DNA of 51,508 nt from Bacteroides sp. (GTDB taxonomy: Bacteria; Bacteroidota; Bacteroidia; Bacteroidales; Bacteroidaceae), in NCBI GenBank assembly GCA_051878755.1, contig JBJEKS010000246.1, forward strand, positions 1 through 51,508. Direction: 5' to 3'. The translations under genes were made by a program, and so were the position numbers. The notes beneath the pieces are model-generated. The model saw nothing but the letters and a program-made list of their open reading frames with translations, was not told where the DNA came from and did no database searches. Of this stretch, positions 42,101 through 50,352 are shown in pieces; the first letter of the stretch is position 1; each line of letters starts with the position of its first letter.

Positions 42101-42649
42101 CTGAATCTCGTGAGAGGTGCGGAAGCCGTCGAAGAAGTTGACGAAGGGCACGCGGCTCTTGATGGTTGACAGGTGGGCTACACCGGCCAGGTCCATAACC
42201 TCCTGTACAGAGCCTTCAGCCAGCATGGCGAAGCCCGTCTGACGGGTTGACATCACGTCCTGATGGTCGCCGAAGATACAGAGAGAGTGCGAAGCGAGTG
42301 TACGGGCCGATACGTGGAATACGCAGGGCAGGAACTCACCGGCGATCTTGTACATGTTCGGAATCATCAGCAGCAGACCCTGAGAAGCGGTGTATGTGGT
42401 GGTCAGGGCACCAGCCTGCAGCGAACCGTGAACGGCACCGGCGGCACCGCCTTCCGACTGCATTTCCTGTACCAGGACTGTCTCGCCGAAGATGTTCTTG
42501 CGGCCTTGGGCAGCCCATTCATCTACGTATTCTGCCATCGTAGATGAGGGAGTGATGGGGTAGATAGCGGCCACCTCAGAGAACATATACGAGATATGCG
42601 CAGCGGCCTGGTTACCATCACAGGTGATGAATTTTTTTTCTTTAGCCAT
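39101..42649 (-). CDS. nifJ: Pyruvate:ferredoxin (flavodoxin) oxidoreductase
   Basis: Motifs YPITPSS, MQSEGGAAG and GADGTVGANK; two 4Fe-4S motifs (CSQCNKC, CLGCGNC); FSGACSGCGE; GGDG. Start MAKEKK at 42649. Confidence 0.98.
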   Translation of the reverse strand: MAKEKKFITCDGNQAAAHISYMFSEVAAIYPITPSSTMAEYVDEWAAQGRKNIFGETVLVQEMQSEGGAAGAVHGSLQAGALTTTYTASQGLLLMIPNMYKIAGEFLPCVFHVSARTLASHSLCIFGDHQDVMSTRQTGFAMLAEGSVQEVMDLAGVAHLSTIKSRVPFVNFFDGFRTSHEIQKIEMLENDDLAPLIDQKALAEFRSRALSPEHPVARGMAENPDTFFTHRESCNNYYDAVPAIVEEYMNEISKITGRQYGLFDYYGAPDAERVIIAMGSVTEAIREVIDYLTAQGEKVGLVAVHLYRPFSAKHFLAAVPKTAKRIAVLDRTKEPGANGEPLYLDVKDCFYGQADAPVIVGGRYGLGSNDTTPAQILAVYENLGLPEPKNHFTVGIVDDVTFTSLPQKEEIALGGAGMFEAKFYGLGADGTVGANKNSVKIIGDNTNKHCQAYFSYDSKKSGGFTCSHLRFGDSPIRSTYLVNTPNFVACHVQAYLHMYDVTRGLQKNGTFLLNTIWEGEELAKNLPNNVKKYFADNNISVYYINATKIAQEIGLGNRTNTILQSAFFRITGVIPVDLAIEQMKKFIVKSYGKKGEDVVNKNYAAVDRGGEYKQLPVDAAWSNLPADEKAANDDPAFINEVVRPINAQNGDLLPVSAFKGIEDGTWPQGTAAYEKRGVAAFVPVWTAENCSQCNKCAFVCPHACIRPFVMDEQEAAGLNAATLEVKAPAALKGMKFRMQVGVMDCLGCGNCVDVCPGLPKTGPALKMVPLEGELGEAANWDYLVKNVKSKQDLVDIKSNPRVSQFATPLFEFSGACSGCGETPYVKLISQLFGDREIVANATGCSSIYSGSIPSTPYTTNEKGQGPAWANSLFEDFCEFGLGMTLANKKMRARIEALLKEVIANEAAPADYKAAAEEWIAGKDNADASKAAAAKLLPFIEAGAEKGCEACKQLKELSHYLVKRSQWIIGGDGASYDIGYGGLDHVIASGEDVNILVLDTEVYSNTGGQSSKATPLGAIAKFAASGKRVRKKDLGMIATTYGYVYVAQIAMGADQSQCLKAIREAEAYPGPSIIIAYAPCINHGLKKGMGKAQAEEAAAVACGYWHLWRFNPALEEEGKNPFTLDSKEPAWEGFQDYLKGEVRFASVMKQYPTEAADLFNACEEMAKKRYQSYVRMTKMDWSK

Positions 42650-42798
42650 AAATAACAATTTAATGTTGGGTTGTACTATATGTTTTTTATCTCTGTTTTT
42701 ATTTATCTTTTATCCGTTTCAAGTTCAAGAATCATTTTTCTTATAACATGTACCTAATTTATTATATATAGTTTGTGCGCGCCCACGATGTGCGGGCA

Positions 42799-43977
42799 TC
42801 AGTACAGGAATCCCAGTAGCCAGAGGGGGATGAGATTGCCGCGGCCCAGCTCCGCCTTGTGGAGGATGTAGGTCACGCCGGGGTTGTTTTTGATTTTTGT
42901 CCCTTCGGGACATATTTTGAAGGGCATCACATCGTCCACGATGAAGGTGCAGTTCTTGTCGCCCCGGTTCACCTTGTGGTCCTTCCATAGGGTGTTGGCA
43001 AAGAAGGTGTCGAGCACGTCCTGATCCTCCACTTTCACGGGATAGATGGAGTACATCAGGTTGCTGTTGTGTAGCATAATCTTGGAGGGCTTCTTGGGGA
43101 ACTCCTCGCCGGCAGGGAAAATCATGTTGATGAGGCGTGCATCGGCCAGGTACTTGATGTAGTTCATCACCGTGGCGCGCGAGGTCTCGATGTCGGCAGC
43201 AAGTTGGCTCACGTTAGGAGCCTGAGGGCCATCCACAGCCAGCTTGTAGAGTAACTTCTTAATTTTGTGCAGATACTTCAGTTCAATTTGCTTGATGAGC
43301 AGGATATCCACCTCAATCATCATGTTCATCGTCTTGAGCAGGTTCTCTGAGAAATTGCGCTTTTCGAGGAAGAAGGGGTAGAATCCGTGGTGCAGGTAAT
43401 CCTGCAGGTAGGCTGTGGGATGTGTCTTCGAGAGGATGGTCTTGGCGATATGCTCGTGGTCGGAGAGTATCTCCTCGAGCGTGTAGGCAGGAAAGTTGTT
43501 TCCCGTCATGAGGTTGAGGTACTCGCGGAAAGAGAATCCGCGCAGATTGTAGCTCTTCACGATGTCGCGTAGCTCGGCATTCTCCTCCTTGAGGCGCATT
43601 ACCGATGAGCCGGTGAAGACTATCTTCAACTTGGGGAATCGGTCGTAGCAGGTGCGCAACTCCTGGCTCCAAGCGGGATGCTTGAATACCTGGTCGATGA
43701 GTAGCACTTTGCCACCACGGCGGTGGAACTCGTAAGCGAAATCCACGATGCTGTGGTCGGAGAAGTAGAAGTTGTTCATGTTGATGAAGAGGCAAGAGCG
43801 GTCGGTGCCAAACTTCTCCTTAGCATATTGCAGCAGGAAAGTGGTCTTGCCCACACCACGAGTGCCTTTGATGCCGATAAGACGGTCGCTCCAGTCGATT
43901 TCGTCCATAAGGGCACGGCGCACAGGGGCGTTTGTGTGCTCAACGAGGTATGCGTGTGTACGATAGAATGCTTCCAT
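42799..43977 (-). CDS. AAA_14-family ATP-binding protein with HTH-like segment
   Basis: Walker A GTRGVGKT, Walker B position LLIDQ, FTGSS, LRGFSFREY and HGFYPF. Start at ATG 43977, after TTTG-N19-TACCTTTG at 44005-44035. Confidence 0.9.
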   Translation of the reverse strand: MEAFYRTHAYLVEHTNAPVRRALMDEIDWSDRLIGIKGTRGVGKTTFLLQYAKEKFGTDRSCLFINMNNFYFSDHSIVDFAYEFHRRGGKVLLIDQVFKHPAWSQELRTCYDRFPKLKIVFTGSSVMRLKEENAELRDIVKSYNLRGFSFREYLNLMTGNNFPAYTLEEILSDHEHIAKTILSKTHPTAYLQDYLHHGFYPFFLEKRNFSENLLKTMNMMIEVDILLIKQIELKYLHKIKKLLYKLAVDGPQAPNVSQLAADIETSRATVMNYIKYLADARLINMIFPAGEEFPKKPSKIMLHNSNLMYSIYPVKVEDQDVLDTFFANTLWKDHKVNRGDKNCTFIVDDVMPFKICPEGTKIKNNPGVTYILHKAELGRGNLIPLWLLGFLY

Positions 43978-44090
43978 TTTGTTACTTATCGGCTTACAAG
44001 GGCACAAAGGTAGTGCATTTTTTTAGAAATGCAAAGTAGAGATAGCAAAAAACTATTTTCTCTGTGAAATAATTCTAAACGGCGTGAGGT

Positions 44091-45380
44091 TTATCTGATA
44101 ATGTACGCGCGAAAGCGGGTTTCGGGAGCAATGGGAGTAAGGGGGAGGTAGCCGCTCGTTGGGCGACCGTGGGGATCGTGACGCAGGGGATGCTGCTGCA
44201 GGTCGGTGGCATGACGTTGCTGAAGTTGGGCCGATGAGGCTGAACCTTCCACCACGAAGCGCCACGTTGGCTGGGGACCTTCGCAGCTGGGGGCGTGGGG
44301 AGAAGCGAGCAGACGGTCGTAGAGACGGCGTGCTACAAGGCCCATGGTGGGACGGGGATTGACCTCCACGTCAGGATGGAGGGTGAGGGTGCCGCTGTCA
44401 GCCTCACGGTAGATCATCATGTCGATGCCTACCGGACCGCTCAGGGTGGGGTACTGCTCCTCCAGCAGGTGGAGGAAGGTCTGCTTGGCCTCTTCGATGA
44501 GTGCTGGGTCAATCAGTGAGGCAAGGTGATGGAGGATGGCTTCATCGGAGGCAAGGAGGTTGCTGCGGTAAGCGCCTTCAGCGGTCGTCTCGAAGAGGGA
44601 GTAGCCGCTGAAGCTTGCTCGGCAGCCTGGGGAGAGGTGGAAGAGCAGGGCCAGGTCGGCCACCTTGTCGTAGAGCGGTTCCATGTCGATGGTTTCGCCC
44701 CGTTCGGTGCGTCGCGTAATCCATTGGCGTAGCTCTGCGGTGAGGAGTTGCTGTGGATAAGCGGCATGCTGGCTTGGTGAGCCGGAGCGACACCAACGGT
44801 GGCCTCTACCGCTCGATGAGTACCCCTCCTTGAGTAGAAAGCCGTGGCTGAAGAGCCGGGCTTCGCGAAGCAATAGCTCCTCCACCTCGCTCACATTGTG
44901 TATGGTGAAGTGACGTTGCTGGGCAGAGCGGAGGCCTCGGGCCATCAGTTCGCGGTCCAGTTGCTGGAGGTTGGTCTTGTTGCCCAGGGCGTAGCGCAGG
45001 GGAGCTGCAGCCTCCTCCTCGGGGCAGTTCACGCCCCAGTGGCGCAGCTTGGCAAAGAGGGTAGGGTTCCATCCCCAGGGGGTGAAGGACAGGGTGCTGT
45101 GGCCAGAAGGGGGGCATGATGTCCCGTCAACGGAGGGACGCAGTTGCTGCGGCAAGAGCACCGCAGGCAGTCCCAGCCAGGGAAACAGCGCGTGCAGTTG
45201 CTCCAGGAATCCCGAGGGCGGTAGCTCCTCCACGAGTACCGCATCCCCTTCACCGCCCAGCCAGAGCGGCAGTAGCGCCAGGTCGTGCGCCATCTGCCGC
45301 ACCGCAGCCGGTGCGATGTAGAAGGAGGATTCCCCCTCCCTCAGGGCCATCTCCGTATCGGGATTGAAGAGATAAATCAT
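44091..45380 (-). CDS. Hypothetical protein with ATP-grasp-like motifs
   Basis: Start MIYLFNPD at 45380 (the longer ORF overlaps DUF5020). Motifs PWGW, LKEGYSSSGRG, MEPLY, GPVGIDMM and VEVNPR. Confidence 0.75.
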   Translation of the reverse strand: MIYLFNPDTEMALREGESSFYIAPAAVRQMAHDLALLPLWLGGEGDAVLVEELPPSGFLEQLHALFPWLGLPAVLLPQQLRPSVDGTSCPPSGHSTLSFTPWGWNPTLFAKLRHWGVNCPEEEAAAPLRYALGNKTNLQQLDRELMARGLRSAQQRHFTIHNVSEVEELLLREARLFSHGFLLKEGYSSSGRGHRWCRSGSPSQHAAYPQQLLTAELRQWITRRTERGETIDMEPLYDKVADLALLFHLSPGCRASFSGYSLFETTAEGAYRSNLLASDEAILHHLASLIDPALIEEAKQTFLHLLEEQYPTLSGPVGIDMMIYREADSGTLTLHPDVEVNPRPTMGLVARRLYDRLLASPHAPSCEGPQPTWRFVVEGSASSAQLQQRHATDLQQHPLRHDPHGRPTSGYLPLTPIAPETRFRAYIIR

Positions 45381-45397
45381 ACCGCCTTGACACGGCC

Positions 45398-46126
45398 TTA
45401 GAAGTTGTACTTCACGGCCAGGGTGGGGTTGATGTAGAAGCTCTTGTCGCTTGCGCATTCGGGGAAGATGAAGTGGTTGCTCACCTCCACCTCGGTGCCA
45501 ATGGAGAAGTGTTTCGTGGCGTTGTACCATAGCTGGGGTTCTGCGAGCAGCACCAGCTGTCCATGGCCGTTGGCCTTCTCGCCGCGCCACAGGTCGATGA
45601 AGCCTGAACAGGTGCCCTTGCCACCGGCAAACGTCACACCCCATACGCCTGTCAGCTGAAACGAGGCGTAGGCCTTGCTCTCCTTGTACTTCATGAAATG
45701 CTTATACATGGCCTGGATAGACCAGGTGGCCGAGAAGTCACTGTTGTGGCCGTTCCATGCCGGACCCACGAGCACGGCGTTTTGGAAGCGCGTGCCTCCA
45801 CCATCCTTGAAGGTGGTCATGCCGCCGTCGTACTCCACATGGGCAGCCAGTGACGAGCAGGCCGAGGTGGAGGTCAGCGTGAATTCGCGCGAAATTTCTG
45901 TGTACGCTCCCTTCATGCCGTCGTGGTACATGTCGAGATCGATGAACCAGAACCACGAGCCCAACTTGTCGGCCTTGAATTGTTCGAACGTCAGGGTCAC
46001 CATCTGGCGTGTTCTTTCTTCATCGGAATAGATTTTCCGTCCAAAGTCGTAGTGTACTTGTAGGTTTTGCGCCTGGCTCAAAGCCGCTACGGCGCACAGT
46101 AACATGGTCAGAATTTGTTTTTTCAT
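45398..46126 (-). CDS. DUF5020 family outer-membrane protein (Tsx-like nucleoside channel)
   Basis: Signal peptide; motifs QNLQVHYDFGR, TFEQFKADKLGSWFWFID, AYTEISRE and EPQLWYN; C-terminal YNF typical of OMPs. Confidence 0.8.
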   Translation of the reverse strand: MKKQILTMLLCAVAALSQAQNLQVHYDFGRKIYSDEERTRQMVTLTFEQFKADKLGSWFWFIDLDMYHDGMKGAYTEISREFTLTSTSACSSLAAHVEYDGGMTTFKDGGGTRFQNAVLVGPAWNGHNSDFSATWSIQAMYKHFMKYKESKAYASFQLTGVWGVTFAGGKGTCSGFIDLWRGEKANGHGQLVLLAEPQLWYNATKHFSIGTEVEVSNHFIFPECASDKSFYINPTLAVKYNF

Positions 46127-46169
46127 TTACTCTCTATTTTTTATTGATTATTATTTTGGATGAATGGTT

Positions 46170-47465
46170 TTATTCCATCTTCTTGGGCAGGGTGAGCTCC
46201 AGTAGCAGGGCCAGCAGGAAGACCACGGCCACGCAGTTGTCGGCAAAGATGGTCTTCACCATATCGGGGAAGATGCTGAAGAGCGATGAGGCCTGTGTGA
46301 AGCCCAGACCCACGCTGAGCGAGATGCTCACGATGATCATGTTGCGCTGTGTGAAGCCGCACTTGGCCAACATGCCGAAGCCGGCAAAGAGGATGCTGCC
46401 GAACATCATCAGCGTGCAGCCACCCAGCACAGCCTGTGGTATCGTGGTGAGCAGGATGCCCACGGCAGGAAAGAGGCCTCCCAGAATCATCAGCACGGCT
46501 CCTGTGGCGATGGCGAAGCGGTTGATGACCTTCGAGATGGCGGCCAGCCCCACATTCTGCGAGAAGCTGGTGATGGGCGTGCAGCCAAAGAGGCCCGCTA
46601 CGGAGCTGACAAATCCGTCGCACGACACCGAGGCACCCAGTTCGCGCTCCTTCACCTCACGGCCCAGGGCGCTGGAGCAGAGGGCGGAGGTGTCGCCGAT
46701 GGTCTCCGTGGCGGATACCAGATAGACGCAGAAGATGGCCAGGATGGAGCCGATGTGGAACTCAGGTGTGAAGGGGAGCAGCTTGGGCAGGGCCACGATG
46801 CTGCTGTCCTGCAGGGCTGAATAGTCTATCAACCCCATGCAGAGGGCCACCACATAGCCCACGATCAGCCCTACCAGGATGGAGAGCGAGCGCAGGAAAC
46901 CACGCGCATAGACATGCGTCAGCAGGCAGGTGAACAGTGTCACTGTCCCCACAACCCAGTGGTGAGCCTGTCCGAAGTCGGCTGCCCCTTGACCACCGCC
47001 GAAGCTGTTGGCTCCGATGGGGAGCAGCGAGAAGCCGATGGCGGTCACTACCGTAGCAGCTACCACAGGCGTGATGAAGCGGGTCCATGCCTTGGAGCAG
47101 AGGCCCAGGCAACCCTCCAGGACACCGCCCACGATGACCGCTCCCATCAGCGTACCCATCCCCTGCGTGGAGGCGATGGCGATGGCCAGCGAGAGGAAGG
47201 TGAAGCTGATGCCCATCACGATGGGCAGGCGCGAACCGATGCGCCATACAGGGTAGAGCTGTATCAGTGTGCCGATGCCCGCTATCACCATGCAGTTTTG
47301 TACCAGGCTGGCACTCAGTGCAGGGTCGATGCCTACCACATTGGCCAAGATAATGATGGGGGTGATGTTGGCTACAAACATGGCCAGCACGTGCTGCAGT
47401 CCGAAGGGGATGGCTTGCTGCAGCGGCACGCGGCCATCCAGGGAGTAGATGTTCTGTTTTGTCAT
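46170..47465 (-). CDS. pbuX: NCS2 xanthine/uracil permease
   Basis: GLQHVLAMF, RLPIVMGISF, ETIGD and the NAT signature FSQNVG; highly hydrophobic; downstream of xpt. Confidence 0.9.
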   Translation of the reverse strand: MTKQNIYSLDGRVPLQQAIPFGLQHVLAMFVANITPIIILANVVGIDPALSASLVQNCMVIAGIGTLIQLYPVWRIGSRLPIVMGISFTFLSLAIAIASTQGMGTLMGAVIVGGVLEGCLGLCSKAWTRFITPVVAATVVTAIGFSLLPIGANSFGGGQGAADFGQAHHWVVGTVTLFTCLLTHVYARGFLRSLSILVGLIVGYVVALCMGLIDYSALQDSSIVALPKLLPFTPEFHIGSILAIFCVYLVSATETIGDTSALCSSALGREVKERELGASVSCDGFVSSVAGLFGCTPITSFSQNVGLAAISKVINRFAIATGAVLMILGGLFPAVGILLTTIPQAVLGGCTLMMFGSILFAGFGMLAKCGFTQRNMIIVSISLSVGLGFTQASSLFSIFPDMVKTIFADNCVAVVFLLALLLELTLPKKME

Positions 47466-47517
47466 TTCTATACGTGTATGATAGTTCTCATTTGTTGCGG
47501 TATGCGGTAGGTGTAGG

Positions 47518-48141
47518 TCACAATCCCTGCTTCAGGCTGGTGTTGACTACCGGTTGCTGGGGCTGGGGGCGGAAGCGGATGGTCTGCGTCTGCCACTCCA
47601 TCGACTCGATGATGGCGATGGACTCCAGACGGTAGCCCTCGGCACGCAGTTCGCGTCCACCCTTCTGCTGTCCCTTCTCGATGGCGATGCCGATACCTAC
47701 TACCTCTGCTCCGGCCTGCTTCACCAGGTCGATGAGTGCATGGCACGCCTCGCCGTCGGCCAGGAAGTCATCCACGATCAGCACCTTGTCCGTGGCCGAG
47801 AGGTAGGGCTTTGAGACGAAGACGTTGTTGTGGCGCTTGTGGGTGAACGAGAAGGCCTGCGCCACGTACTTGTCATCGGTACTGTTGGCCGTCTCGCTCT
47901 TCTTGGCGAACACCACGGGCACATCGTAGAGATGGCCCAGCAGCATGGCGATGGCAATGCCGCTGGCCTCGATGGTGAGCACCTTGGTCACTTCGATGCC
48001 ACGGAAGCGGCGTTTAAACTCGTAGGCCATCTGTCGGATGGTATCTACATCAATCTGATGGTTGAGGAAACTATCCACTTTCAGGATGTTACCCTCTTTA
48101 ATCACTCCGTCACGCAGGATCTTTTCTTCCAGGAAATTCAT
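47518..48141 (-). CDS. xpt: Xanthine phosphoribosyltransferase
   Basis: Motifs LKVDSFLNHQID, TIEASGI, PRPP-binding VLIVDDFLADG, and IEK. Promoter element TACTTTTG at 48185-48192. Confidence 0.95.
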   Translation of the reverse strand: MNFLEEKILRDGVIKEGNILKVDSFLNHQIDVDTIRQMAYEFKRRFRGIEVTKVLTIEASGIAIAMLLGHLYDVPVVFAKKSETANSTDDKYVAQAFSFTHKRHNNVFVSKPYLSATDKVLIVDDFLADGEACHALIDLVKQAGAEVVGIGIAIEKGQQKGGRELRAEGYRLESIAIIESMEWQTQTIRFRPQPQQPVVNTSLKQGL

Positions 48142-48272
48142 GGTTCTTTCAGCTTGGGTCTTCTTGTTTTTATTAAATTTTGTGCAAAAGTACGATTAAT
48201 TTTGAAACCATCAAGCATTCTTTTGCTTTTTCTCTAGCGTTGCACTATCTTTACCGCCCAATTAAAGTATTA

Positions 48273-48333
48273 CTTGTAGCTCGTAGCTCGTAACCAGAAT
48301 TTGTACTCGTAGCTTGTAGCTTGTAGCTCGTAA
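48273..48333. repeat. Heptamer tandem repeat (CTYGTAG)n in two blocks
   Basis: cttgtag ctcgtag ctcgtaa, then ctcgtag cttgtag cttgtag ctcgtaa, ending 13 nt before the S41 ATG. Confidence 0.85.
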
Positions 48334-48346
48334 CTAGATAAAAAAG

Positions 48347-49759
48347 ATGAAAGCAAAAATAATCCCCTATATGCTGGCCGCTCTGATGGGGCTGAGCCTG
48401 GCCATGAGCGGCTGCGGCGAAGACCGCTGGGCTGCTTATGCCACACAGACTGCTACCGACCGGTGGATAGATGACACCATGCGTGTGTGGTACTACTGGG
48501 CCGAGGAGATGCCCGAGTCGAAGAATCTCAACTATTTCCAGGCTCCGGCCACCTTCTTCAAGAGCCTGCTCAACAGCAGTGATAAGTTCTCCTCCATCGA
48601 CAGCCTCTTCACCTCCGCTGCTACACGCAGCATCGGTACCACCAGCTACAGCTACGGCATGGAGTACAGCGTGACCAAGGTCAACGATACGGCTTACTAT
48701 GCCCATGTGCTCTACACCGTGGACGACAGTCCAGCCAGCGAGGCCGGTCTGCAGCGTGGCGACTGGGTGATGAGCCTCGACGGGGCTCCCCTCACGAAGA
48801 AGAACTATACCGCCCTGCTTGGAGGGCCTGCTGCTGAGATTACCGTGGGTCGCTACGATGCCGAACAGCAGCAGGTGCTACCCCTGGAGGAGAATCCCCG
48901 CACGCTCCCATCAGCGCGCTCCATCGATGACAACCCCGTCTATTGCGTCAAGGCATTCGATCTTGACAATGGTACCCGCGTAGGCTATCTGGCCTACAAC
49001 CACTTTACCCCGGGTACGGCCTACAGCGCCACGGCCACAGGCAGTGCTACCAACTACGACGATGACCTCCGCCAAGCCTCTACGCAGCTGGCTTCGGCTG
49101 GCATCAGCGAACTGGTGCTCGACCTGCGCTACAACAACGGTGGCTACATCAGCTGCGCCCAGCTACTGGCCACCCTGCTTGCTCCCGCCTCTGCGCTCGA
49201 CCAACCCATGGCTACCCTGGAGTACAACCCGAAGTTACAGCCCGTAGCGATGACGTTTGATGCCTCACGCATCGGCCAGGGTACCAACCTCAATCTCAAG
49301 CGCCTCTTCGTGCTCACCACGGGTGAGACCGCCTCGGCTTCGGAGATGGTGATGAACTGCCTCATGCCCTACATGGAGGTGATACAGATAGGTACCACCA
49401 CCGTAGGCAAGAACATGGGAGCCCGCAGCTTCGACAACGCCGAGCAGATGGTGACCATGACCCCCATGATTTGCAAAATCTACAATGCTCTTGGCGAGAG
49501 CGATTACGATAAGGGCTTTTCGCCCTCCACCTCCGCCTTGCGTCTGGACGAGAACAATTACCTGGCCAACTTCTTCCCTTTGGGCACTCCCGAGGAAGCG
49601 CTGCTCGCCACCGCCCTTGCCTACATCGCCGGCGAGGCTGAACCCGCCAGCGAAGCAACTACGAGAATCCTAAAGCAGCCTAAAGTACAGACCATTGCAA
49701 CCAGCCTCACCCGCCGGGCTACTAAGGGTGTAATGCTGGGTTCGTTGACATCTCGCTGA
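48347..49759 (+). CDS. S41 family peptidase lipoprotein with PDZ domain
   Basis: Lipobox MSGC, PDZ (SPASEAGLQRGD), GYLAYNHF, LVLDLRYNNGG, catalytic TASASE, and TTVGK. Confidence 0.92.
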   Translation: MKAKIIPYMLAALMGLSLAMSGCGEDRWAAYATQTATDRWIDDTMRVWYYWAEEMPESKNLNYFQAPATFFKSLLNSSDKFSSIDSLFTSAATRSIGTTSYSYGMEYSVTKVNDTAYYAHVLYTVDDSPASEAGLQRGDWVMSLDGAPLTKKNYTALLGGPAAEITVGRYDAEQQQVLPLEENPRTLPSARSIDDNPVYCVKAFDLDNGTRVGYLAYNHFTPGTAYSATATGSATNYDDDLRQASTQLASAGISELVLDLRYNNGGYISCAQLLATLLAPASALDQPMATLEYNPKLQPVAMTFDASRIGQGTNLNLKRLFVLTTGETASASEMVMNCLMPYMEVIQIGTTTVGKNMGARSFDNAEQMVTMTPMICKIYNALGESDYDKGFSPSTSALRLDENNYLANFFPLGTPEEALLATALAYIAGEAEPASEATTRILKQPKVQTIATSLTRRATKGVMLGSLTSR

Positions 49760-49891
49760 TAAGTAATTTTCAGCTTGCTGCAAAGCTGTAATCAACTGGC
49801 TGATAAGAACTATTCATCATACTGAAACCATGCTTCGGGAAAGCAACGCATGTTAAATAATCCACTTTGCTGTGCAAAATAAGCAAAATCA

Positions 49892-49930
49892 TTTGGTAGA
49901 TTATAAAATTGTTCGTTACTTTGCGAACAA
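49892..49930 (+). promoter_or_regulatory. arsR promoter with overlapping inverted-repeat operator
   Basis: TTTG-N20-TTACTTTG (one mismatch to the -7 consensus). TTGTTCG-N8-CGAACAA at 49909-49930 brackets the -7 element. Confidence 0.65.
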
Positions 49931-49941
49931 AATAATAAGGT

Positions 49942-50265
49942 ATGGCAAACAAAGAATATAGTATCCGTCAGGAGCAGTTGGCGCGTTTCGCCAAGGCGAT
50001 GGGCCATCCGGCACGCATCGCCATCCTGCAGTTTCTTGCCCAACAGCAGACCTGCTATTTCGGCGATATACACGAAGAGCTACCCATTGCAAAAGCCACC
50101 GTGTCACAGCACTTGAAGGAGTTGAAAGAGGCCGGACTGATACAGGGTGAGGTGGAAGCCCCCAAGGTGAAGTACTGTATCAATCGTGACAATTGGCAAC
50201 TTGCAAAGGAGCTGTTCGGTGGCTTTTTCGGACAGTGTCTGTGTAAAAAAGAAGGGTGTTGCTAA
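49942..50265 (+). CDS. arsR: ArsR/SmtB-family metalloregulator
   Basis: KAMGHPARIAIL, ATVSQHLKELKEAGLI, and a Cys-rich C-terminus CLCKKEGCC. Confidence 0.92.
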   Translation: MANKEYSIRQEQLARFAKAMGHPARIAILQFLAQQQTCYFGDIHEELPIAKATVSQHLKELKEAGLIQGEVEAPKVKYCINRDNWQLAKELFGGFFGQCLCKKEGCC

Positions 50266-50308
50266 AGAAGAAGGGGTATATGTTTTGCCCCTTTATTTAT
50301 AGCGAGTA

Positions 50309-50326
50309 TGTTCGCTATTCTACGAA
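50309..50326 (+). promoter_or_regulatory. Second putative ArsR operator
   Basis: TGTTCG-N8-CGAA, with the same TTCG-N8-CGAA core as the site upstream of arsR. Confidence 0.5.
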
Positions 50327-50352
50327 TTACAAACGTTGATTAATAAATATAT

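Noticed and set aside
48142-48250. Guanine riboswitch upstream of xpt
   Set aside because: The promoter element is about 45 nt from the ATG and no aptamer consensus is visible.
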